A stretch of 32,000 nt of DNA from Candidatus Kuenenia stuttgartensis (GTDB lineage Bacteria > Planctomycetota > Brocadiia > Brocadiales > Brocadiaceae): the NCBI RefSeq assembly GCF_900232105.1, contig NZ_LT934425.1, positions 1,680,001 to 1,712,000 on the forward strand, written 5' to 3'. A program made the position numbers and the translations under genes. Shown one piece after another: positions 24,684 through 32,000 of the stretch. Within the stretch, counting starts at the first letter, position 1, and every line of letters starts with the position of its first letter. Below the pieces are notes generated by a model, which ran no database searches, was not told the DNA's origin, and worked only from the letters and a program-made list of their open reading frames with translations.

Positions 24684-27600
24684 GTGTCCCGGTTTTTCAT
24701 AGACAGGCCTATATTCGCTACAGTGATCTCGATCCTGATAGTAATCGTAGGTTTGATAGCGTATTTTACATTGCCCGTAAGCCAGTACCCGAAGGTCACT
24801 CCGCCTACCATAGTCGTTCGCGCGAGCTTTCCCGGCGCAAACCCTGAGGTCATAGCTGACACCGTAGCAACGCCGCTCGAGCAGGAGATAAACGGAGTTG
24901 AGGACATGCTCTATATGTCCTCGCAGTCGACGAGCAACGGCATGATGCAGCTCACGATAACGTTCGCGATCGGAACCGATATAGACAAGGCTCAGGTGCT
25001 TGTTGAAAACAGAATCGCCGTGGCCGAGCCCAGGTTGCCGGAGGAGGTTAGGCGGATAGGCATCACGGTGAGAAAAAGTTCTCCGGACATGTTGCTGGTA
25101 GTTCATCTCCTCTCGCCCGATAATACCTACGATCAGCTCTACATAAGCAACTACGCGTCGATCAGGGTTTACGACGTTCTTACTCGTATAGGGGGTGTCG
25201 GCAACGTGACCTTGTTCGGGGCGCGGGAATACAGCATGAGGGTATGGCTCGATCCCGAAAAGCTCTACTCGATGGGCATGACTGTAAATGACGTGGTGCA
25301 GTCGCTCCGTGAGCAGAACGTAGAGGTCGCGGCCGGCATCATTGGGCAGCCGCCCATGCCCCAGGGCAACGCCTTTCAGATCTCCGTTAACACACTTGGA
25401 AGGCTGGTCGAAGAAAAGCAGTTCGGCGACGTAATCATCAGGACTGGTGAAGACGGGCGTGTCACGCGGTTAAAGGACGTGGCGCGGATAGAGCTAGGAG
25501 CGAGGGATTACGGCGTCAACAGTTATCTCGACAGTAAGTCTGCGCAGGGGCTCGGTATATTTCAGCTCCCAGGGTCTAACGCACTGGCTACGGCAGAGGC
25601 CATAGAAAAAACGATGGCCCGGATCAGCAAGGACTTCCCCAAGGGTCTCGAATACAGGATTGTCTATAACCCGACGAAATTCGTGCAGCAATCCATAAAC
25701 GAGGTGTACCACACTCTCTTCATTGCATTCATACTCGTTTTCATCGTTGTCATAATATTCCTTCAGGACTGGAAGGCCGCACTGCTGCCCATGATAGATG
25801 CAATAGTGTCGCTCGTCGGCACGTTCGCCGTCATGTCGGCCTTCGGATTCTCGCTCAACAACCTCACGCTGTTCGGCCTTGTGATCGCGATAGGCATCGT
25901 GGTGGACGACTCTATCGTCGTTGTTGAGAACATCAAGCGGTGGATGTCGAAGGGACTCGAGCCCAGGGAGGCCACCTTAAAAGCGATGGCTGAAATTACC
26001 GGCCCCGTGCTCGCGATTACCCTCGTACTTAGTTCGGTGTTTATACCCACTGCATTTCTCCCCGGGATAAGCGGCCAGTTCTACAGGCAGTTCGCGCTTA
26101 CTATCGCGGTATCTACTATCCTGTCCGCCATAAACGCGCTTACTCTCGCACCAGCGAGGGCGGTGCAGCTAATCAAGCCGTATAGCGAGGCCGAAAAACA
26201 GGTGCCGCTGCCACGTGTTGGCATAGCCGTAATTGTCGGCTTTGCCACCTACTCGTTACTGACAGGCCCTCTCGCATCTATCCTGGGCGTTAATATTACC
26301 GGACAGGCTTACGATCACTCGTCACCTTCTCACAGCACGGTTGCCCCTTGGGCAATCCGCATAGGGCTTCTCGCTGCCGGATGCGCCATCGGATGGTTCG
26401 CGGGACATTATCTCAACATGGCTCTTAAAAAGGCGTTCGGCGTTTTTAACCGCTCTTTCGACCGCGTGACAAACCTTTACGGGAGGACTATCAGCAGGAT
26501 TTTACGCTTCAGCATCATTGCCGTAATTGCCTATTGCGGACTCATCGGACTGACGTATATCGGATTCACGAAGGTATCCACTGGATTTATACCCGCGCAA
26601 GACCAGGGGTATCTCATAGTGGACGTCGCACTTCCGGACGGCGCCTCTCTCGAGAGGACTGACGCAGTCATCGCCCGCGCGACGAATATTATCCTGGGTA
26701 CGCCGGGCATTGCCTATGCTGTAGGGCTTGCGGGGTTCTCGGGGGCGACATTCACGAACAGCTCGGACGCGGGCGTCATATTCACCCCGCTCGCACCATT
26801 CGACGAACGGGCCAAAAACGGTCCCGCGCTCGATCAGATAATAGCCGACCTTAGCAAGAGGCTCTCTGTTATACAGGAAGCCAGACTCCTGGTTATTTCT
26901 CCCCCGCCGGTCAGGGGATTGGGTACGTCAGGCGGGTTCAAGATGATGGTAGAAGACCGCGCCGGCATGGGCATAAAGGAGCTCGAGAAGGCGGCCTACG
27001 CCTTGATCGATGCAGCGAATCAGGAGCCAGGCCTGACTGGGGTGTATACCACGTTTAGCACGAAGACCCCGCAGATATACGTCGAGGTCGACAGGACAAA
27101 GGCAAAGAAGTTAGACGTCCCGCTGACTAATATCTTCGACGCGCTTCAGGTTTATCTGGGGTCGGTGTATGTGAACGACATCAACCTCTTTGGGAGGGTT
27201 TACAGAGTTACGGCGCAGGCGGAAGGAGGCTTCCGTCAGCAGGCCGAAGACATCGCGAAGTTAAGGACACGTAGCCTAAACGGGAATTCCATCCCTCTTG
27301 GCTCGTTTGTTGATATCAAGCACGAAACGGGACCTGACCGTGTTGTGCGCTATAACCTCTTCCCCGCGATCGAAGTGAGCGGCGCCACGCTGCCCGGATT
27401 CAGCTCTGGCCAGGCGATTGAAGCGATGGTGAGGTTAGCAGGCCGGATACTTCCCGTGGGCATGAGCTACGAATGGACGGAACTTGCATATCAAGAGGTC
27501 ACGCAGGGAAACACGTCGCTGTATATATTCCCGGTATGTGTGTTGTTCGTATTCCTCATATTGTCTTCGCTCTATGAGAGCTGGTCACTCCCTCTGACGA

Positions 27601-28028
27601 TCGTACTGATCGTGCCCATGTGCCTCCTTTCGGCGATATTTGGCATATGGCTTCGGGGCATGGACAACAATATCCTTTCACAGATAGGGTTCGTTGTGCT
27701 CGTGGGGCTCGCGTGTAAGAACGCGATTTTAATAGTGGAATTCGCCAAAGACTATCAGGATACGGGCAAGGGGTGCGAGGAGGCCGTGATCGAGGCCTCG
27801 CGCGTCAGGCTTCGTCCGATATTGATGACCTCGTTCGCTTTCATACTTGGGGTAATCCCCCTATTGATTGCCACAGGAGCCGGCGCCGAGATGCGTCAGG
27901 CGTTGGGAACCTCGGTATTCAGCGGCATGTTCGGGGTCACGTTCTTCGGCCTGTTTTTAACCCCTGTGTTCTACATCGTGATCAGGAAGATCACGGAATC
28001 CGGAAAAAACCGGAGTGTAAAAGTGTAA
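24684..28028 (+). CDS. efflux RND transporter permease subunit (AcrB/MexB-type, HAE1)
   Basis: GTG start with a GGAGGG SD. The N-terminus SRFFIDRPIFATVISILIVIVG is characteristic. 1114 aa with about 12 TM segments and two large periplasmic loops. Confidence 0.95.
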   Translation: MSRFFIDRPIFATVISILIVIVGLIAYFTLPVSQYPKVTPPTIVVRASFPGANPEVIADTVATPLEQEINGVEDMLYMSSQSTSNGMMQLTITFAIGTDIDKAQVLVENRIAVAEPRLPEEVRRIGITVRKSSPDMLLVVHLLSPDNTYDQLYISNYASIRVYDVLTRIGGVGNVTLFGAREYSMRVWLDPEKLYSMGMTVNDVVQSLREQNVEVAAGIIGQPPMPQGNAFQISVNTLGRLVEEKQFGDVIIRTGEDGRVTRLKDVARIELGARDYGVNSYLDSKSAQGLGIFQLPGSNALATAEAIEKTMARISKDFPKGLEYRIVYNPTKFVQQSINEVYHTLFIAFILVFIVVIIFLQDWKAALLPMIDAIVSLVGTFAVMSAFGFSLNNLTLFGLVIAIGIVVDDSIVVVENIKRWMSKGLEPREATLKAMAEITGPVLAITLVLSSVFIPTAFLPGISGQFYRQFALTIAVSTILSAINALTLAPARAVQLIKPYSEAEKQVPLPRVGIAVIVGFATYSLLTGPLASILGVNITGQAYDHSSPSHSTVAPWAIRIGLLAAGCAIGWFAGHYLNMALKKAFGVFNRSFDRVTNLYGRTISRILRFSIIAVIAYCGLIGLTYIGFTKVSTGFIPAQDQGYLIVDVALPDGASLERTDAVIARATNIILGTPGIAYAVGLAGFSGATFTNSSDAGVIFTPLAPFDERAKNGPALDQIIADLSKRLSVIQEARLLVISPPPVRGLGTSGGFKMMVEDRAGMGIKELEKAAYALIDAANQEPGLTGVYTTFSTKTPQIYVEVDRTKAKKLDVPLTNIFDALQVYLGSVYVNDINLFGRVYRVTAQAEGGFRQQAEDIAKLRTRSLNGNSIPLGSFVDIKHETGPDRVVRYNLFPAIEVSGATLPGFSSGQAIEAMVRLAGRILPVGMSYEWTELAYQEVTQGNTSLYIFPVCVLFVFLILSSLYESWSLPLTIVLIVPMCLLSAIFGIWLRGMDNNILSQIGFVVLVGLACKNAILIVEFAKDYQDTGKGCEEAVIEASRVRLRPILMTSFAFILGVIPLLIATGAGAEMRQALGTSVFSGMFGVTFFGLFLTPVFYIVIRKITESGKNRSVKV

Positions 28029-28062
28029 TAGGATTCATATTTGTGGAAGGCGGTTGTTTAAT

Positions 28063-28216
28063 CCTAAATCCCGCAGATAGTGATGTAGCCACGTTTCTGT
28101 GAAGCGCGGACCGGTCGCGTTACATCCTTTGCCCGTTGGGTGAGGCATGATTAAGTAAACAAGTTCCTTGTCAACGACCGCTTGCATCGGAAAACAAAAA
28201 TTTAACTGCGGGATTT
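28063..28216. repeat. pair of perfect 12-bp inverted repeats bracketing ~130 bp
   Basis: TAAATCCCGCAG (28063-28074) and CTGCGGGATTTA (28205-28216), in the spacer between convergent genes. Confidence 0.5.
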
Positions 28217-28302
28217 ACGTGAACAGCTTGCCATCACTTTGATTGGCGAGGCAATCGGCAAGATTGCATCCATCCGTGGCACTCCATGGCTATCCCTGAA
28301 GT

Positions 28303-30180
28303 TCATGGAGCGTAGGTCCAATCTGGTTTCTTCTTTGTCTGCTTTTCGTCGTAGGAGAAATGGTGTTTCTCTTCATCATAATCCACGATTTTCGGGATCG
28401 GCCAAGGCTCGGACTGAGGCCGCTTGCCTTTCGCGTATGGCTCAAACTCCTCCCGAAATGACTGCACCAAACCGGGAATCAACTTCGCGCCCTGCGCCGG
28501 CAGAAAGCAGCGATTTGCCTGCGGTGCGGAATGTGCACCTTCCATGATCCAATCGAGGCCTGCCCGGTCATCATGGAGATGAAGGTGCTGGAGGAGTTCG
28601 TCGATGCCGTGCGAAGCGGTCCGTAAACCGGCTTTGCAAGCCGGACATTGATTGCAGGATTCGACATAGAGAAACCGAGCCACGGCCTGCGTTACCCGTG
28701 GAATGCTTGCGGCGTTGTCCAGCACGATGAAGCCCGCCGAGCCCAGCCCGGAGCCGATCATCTGGAATGCGTCAAATTCGGTTGGCGTGTCGAACCTGTC
28801 CGCGAGAATGACCCCGCAGGCCACGCCCGAGAGCGCCACCTTGAATTGCCGCCCCGTGTGCGGTCCGCCTGCGACATCGTAGAACAACTTGCGCAACGTA
28901 ATGCCCGCTTCGCACTCATACACACCCGGGCGTTGTACGTCGCCGCATACGGTAAAGATCAAAGTGCCGGACGTATCGTGCGTGCCCAGCCGACGGAACG
29001 ACGCCCCGCCGTGCCGCACGATGCTTGGGACATGCGCTAGCGTCTGTGCGTTGTCCAACAGGGCCGGGTTTGGGGAGTTGGGCGTAGCAAACAGTCCGAT
29101 CTCGTACGGCGGACAGTACGCCTCGCGTGGCATGGGCGGGAATCCTTCGACTACGTTGAGCAACGCTTTCTCCTCGCCGAAGAGGTATTCTTCCGGGCCT
29201 TCCACGATTTTGATCTCGATCCCATCCATCAATCCTTTGGAGGCCATTTCGCTGATCGCCTGCCTGACGCGTTCGATGGACGGCCCGAAGCTTCGTTTGA
29301 GCGCGATGTAAATGCCCGCCGCATTGACTGCATGAGCCGCAATCAGCATCCCCTCAATCGTGGCGTACGGATTCTTGCGCAGAAGGTAGCGGTCCTTGAA
29401 CGTGCCGGGCTCACCCTCTGCCGCATTGCAGACCACGTAACGGGTGGGACAGGTGTGTCGCACCAGTGTGCGCCACTTGACGCCGGTGGGAAATCCCGCC
29501 CCGCCCCGACCGCGCAACCCCGACGCCAACAACTCCGTCACGATCTGCTCCGGAGACATCGCGCGAGCCTTGTGCACGGCGTTCTCGCCGGTCGCGCACA
29601 GATATTCTTCGTACGAGAGGAACGGTTCCGACGGAATCAGCCAGTGCGTCTTCAGGCCGGTGGGCGTCGTGAGGGGAAATTTTCGGCGATGCCGGATCGC
29701 GGCCAGCACCGCTTCATCAGTCGGGCAATCGCGGATCAGTTCGAAGAACTCGACGCAGCCGATGCCCAGTTCCCGTAGCACGGCACGACTTTGGCTACAG
29801 GGAAAGAAAAGATCGTCCGCCAACCGACCTTCAAGTTTAGCCCGCGCCTTGTCAATGACGCGAGGTAATCCCGCGATATCGCCGAGCGTCGCCTCGGCCG
29901 GCCGGTAATCGGTTTTCAACGGTGGAGTTTTTCCGCCTTGCGCATGCAGAAAGTAATCACGACGAATCTCGTGCAGCCGCAAAATTTCGGCGTAGGCCGG
30001 TGCACCGTTGTTGAGCAGATCGTCGCACGCGTTGAATATTTCCTGCGGTTTGCTGCCGATCAAGCGAAGAAACTCGCGGTCGGCCTCGGAGAATATCCTG
30101 GCCGGGGTTCGCTCCCCGGCTGCCAGTTCCATCAGGACGTGTCCGCACAATAATTTGAATTCCAGTTTCCAATCGATCAT
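28303..30180 (-). CDS. NuoF-like FMN/4Fe-4S flavoprotein with a ~250-aa N-terminal extension (DUF5069-like by memory)
   Basis: The C-terminal two thirds carry GLRGRGGAGFPTGVKW (FMN/NADH site), AAEGEPGTFKDR, an SLBB-like middle, and ESCNQCPACKAG plus a distal Cys (4Fe-4S). The start was set at the second ATG (MIDWKLEF) with GAAGGA 7 nt upstream. The longer ORF, to 30330, runs into AT-rich DNA. Confidence 0.8.
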   Translation of the reverse strand: MIDWKLEFKLLCGHVLMELAAGERTPARIFSEADREFLRLIGSKPQEIFNACDDLLNNGAPAYAEILRLHEIRRDYFLHAQGGKTPPLKTDYRPAEATLGDIAGLPRVIDKARAKLEGRLADDLFFPCSQSRAVLRELGIGCVEFFELIRDCPTDEAVLAAIRHRRKFPLTTPTGLKTHWLIPSEPFLSYEEYLCATGENAVHKARAMSPEQIVTELLASGLRGRGGAGFPTGVKWRTLVRHTCPTRYVVCNAAEGEPGTFKDRYLLRKNPYATIEGMLIAAHAVNAAGIYIALKRSFGPSIERVRQAISEMASKGLMDGIEIKIVEGPEEYLFGEEKALLNVVEGFPPMPREAYCPPYEIGLFATPNSPNPALLDNAQTLAHVPSIVRHGGASFRRLGTHDTSGTLIFTVCGDVQRPGVYECEAGITLRKLFYDVAGGPHTGRQFKVALSGVACGVILADRFDTPTEFDAFQMIGSGLGSAGFIVLDNAASIPRVTQAVARFLYVESCNQCPACKAGLRTASHGIDELLQHLHLHDDRAGLDWIMEGAHSAPQANRCFLPAQGAKLIPGLVQSFREEFEPYAKGKRPQSEPWPIPKIVDYDEEKHHFSYDEKQTKKKPDWTYAP

Positions 30181-30393
30181 GTTCATATCCTTCTTTTCTG
30201 GCCGGTTGCCTCGGGATGCACGACGGAATCCATGACCAGGCTGTTGAGTTGATAGTTGATAAGAAATCGCTTTTCCCCATGAGTTGTTCAGTATAGCAAA
30301 GGCGAAGAGGATTACAACTTTTTTTAGCAAAATATAAGAAACAATGCAAGGGAAAATAATGATATGGAATTACAGAAGAAATTGGGGGGATTA

Positions 30394-31608
30394 TCATGTG
30401 ATGTGTGCGGTTTCCTTTTGCGCATGTAAGGCATCGAAAGTAACGACACGGTCTTTTATGTCTAAATCATCAAACAATACCGGAACCATCGGTATTTCGT
30501 TTGTTTTGCAGTCTACCTGAGTTTGTGCGAGAACTATACCCTGTTTATGAAGAAAAGCGGCAAGCAAATGTACCTGTTTGCCGTCAGGCTGTCTTGCACC
30601 GCAAAGGGTTTTCCCGTCAACCGCAATGGGCAGGCTTTTATCACCTACAGATTGAAACCAACGCGAGAGGACTTTATCAACTGCTTCTGCATCCACCTGC
30701 TGTAAGAAACGCCTGATGGTAGGTTCACTCGGTGGTTCGTATCGTTTCGTTTTTGTATTATAACGGCAGGAGAGACGTTTTAGCATATTTTGCGGACAAC
30801 GCTTTGCCCACTCTGCAATGGCGGCAAAGCTCCAGGCATTGCAGATGATAGCACAGATAGAAATTGCCAGGATAGAACGTTTCCTGTGGCGAACGCCTCT
30901 GGGCATGCGATGTTCAGGGATTTGCTGCAATAATTCGTCAAGAAATTCCGCATCTTTTAAAGATAATTTCATAGGCTTTGTCTCCTTTCTTAATTGTATG
31001 GTAAGATTAGGGTTATTAAGTTGTTTTTGGACTTGTGCTTTCAATGAGCGAACAAAGACCATCTTTGGCTTATTGTGCAGAAGATAGCCTTGTGATGATC
31101 TGGCAAAACCGGTTGAATGTCCTAAAAAAATCCATCCTGCGGCCTTATAGCAGACGCCTTTAAAAAAACGAGGGTCGACAAAGGTCTCCACAAGCCAGAT
31201 TGGATGCCCATAGACCTTAGTCCAGTCTTGTGATAAGCGTTTAAGGTTAAGAGAAAGAATACGGGAGGCAAGGTTTGGTACGTGTATCTGAGGAAGGATC
31301 AGGAAACGTGAGTTGTTTGCTATGAGTTTCAGGCGTTGTGATTTTAAAAATGGCGGCCATCCAATCCACTTATCGCGAACGGTACATTTTAATGCTGCGG
31401 CAGCCCAGCCGATCAAGGCAAGCCATTGTCCCTGTGATTCCGCTACGTAGCGAATTGATTCTCCTACGAGAGAACGAAATCCAAGGTAATGATGCTGGCG
31501 CATCAGTGTGTCCCAATTTGCCTGGTCGTTTTGTGAAACAGGACGAACGGTAATTGAATGAAGTAGTTCGTTGTGTGTGTTATCGATTGGTGTTGTATGC
31601 TGGTTCAT
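30394..31608 (-). pseudogene. DUF4338 (DruA-like) domain fused to an ISAs1-family transposase, 3'-truncated
   Basis: The N-terminal ~200 aa have HHYLGF, RDKWIGW, NNSRFLILP, NLASRILSL, ETFVDPRFFKGVCYKAAGW (DUF4338 pattern). Next come the DDE_Tnp_1_assoc-like RHRKRSILAISICAII and ISAs1 motifs AVDGKTLCGA, KTNEIPMVP, VVTFDALHAQK. The ORF stops shortly after the second Asp, so the Glu-containing tail is missing. Confidence 0.75.
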
Positions 31609-32000
31609 GCCCTATAATATAAAATATTTTAGGGGGAATGTCCACGTTTTTTTACATATCTTTGTATATTATGTGCTTATGGAAAACTTTGACAGCGCCA
31701 TGGATTTTGGGAGAGAGGTTTATTCCTTGAAATAGGGGATTTTTGCCAATTCCCCAAAAAATTTTCGTATCCATAATTTCAGAACCCCTGATCCTTAGAC
31801 AGGTCAATTGCATTATCTCTCTCCTTAAAGAAAACTGAGATGTGTTGATGGAACTAAAGATTTATTTATTGAAGAAGAACTCCATAATAATTTTATCCTC
31901 GCAGATTTGCCTACATCGTTATATTCTATAGATATCTTGTGCCATCCTTTTTTCATACTAATCTCAGATTTGTCCTCTGTTGCACTATGTTTAGTCCAAT

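Noticed and set aside
23681-25106. Minus-strand ORFs up to 219 aa over the RND adaptor/permease junction
   Set aside because: Typical long antisense frames of GC-rich coding DNA. The plus-strand genes have unambiguous RND motifs.
30181-30330. 50-aa N-terminal extension of the NuoF-like ORF (MLKKVVILFAFAILNN…), which looks like a signal peptide
   Set aside because: It is encoded partly by the AT-rich DNA outside the GC-rich block. A good SD precedes the internal ATG at 30180, and a cytoplasmic flavoprotein is not expected to be secreted. Kept as a low-probability alternative.
28239-30397. Many plus- and minus-strand ORFs (62-186 aa) overlapping the NuoF-like gene, including 29957-30397
   Set aside because: GC-rich shadow ORFs, rich in Arg, Ala and Pro. 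Only the 28303-30180 frame carries the FMN and FeS motifs.
1-32000. CRISPR arrays, tRNA and rRNA genes
   Set aside because: I found no regularly spaced direct repeats and no tRNA-like T-arm or anticodon-arm patterns by eye. A covariance-model scan (tRNAscan-SE, Infernal) would be needed to exclude small RNAs formally.

Overview
This is a low-GC bacterial chromosomal segment; single 60-nt lines counted by hand gave about 37-41% GC. It is heavily colonised by insertion sequences. My guess, from memory and not verified, is a planctomycete or anammox-like genome, based on DUF1559-style prepilin proteins and the IS load. Housekeeping and accessory genes: an NrdD-like glycyl-radical mini-protein, a universal stress protein, an AmmeMemoRadiSam-type radical SAM enzyme, a DCC-family thiol-disulfide oxidoreductase, nadD divergent from larC, a frameshifted TMTC-like membrane/TPR gene, and an MFS transporter. 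Mobile DNA: (1) an IS66-family element (2481-7571) with intact ends and a flanking direct repeat, whose transposase is split and partly deleted by a nested ~3.8-kb four-gene Mu/Tn552-like module; (2) two different IS1634-family elements, one inserted exactly between the Shine-Dalgarno sequence and the ATG of a gene; (3) a transposase tail remnant; (4) a 3'-truncated ISAs1 transposase with an N-terminal DUF4338 (DruA-like) domain. The most interesting non-coding signal is a candidate c-di-GMP-I (GEMM) riboswitch at about 7672-7777, upstream of two tandem prepilin-type genes; the second gene carries an in-frame TGA. A ~6.7-kb block (about 23520-30245) is much more GC-rich (58-67% in counted lines). 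It encodes an RND adaptor/permease pair and an orphan NuoF-like flavoprotein with an unusual N-terminal extension, and is bracketed by transposase remnants, so it is either a horizontally acquired island or an assembly chimera. Several dispersed short repeats and long palindromes are also noted. I saw no rRNA, tRNA or CRISPR array. All family assignments are from motif recognition by eye, not from searches.
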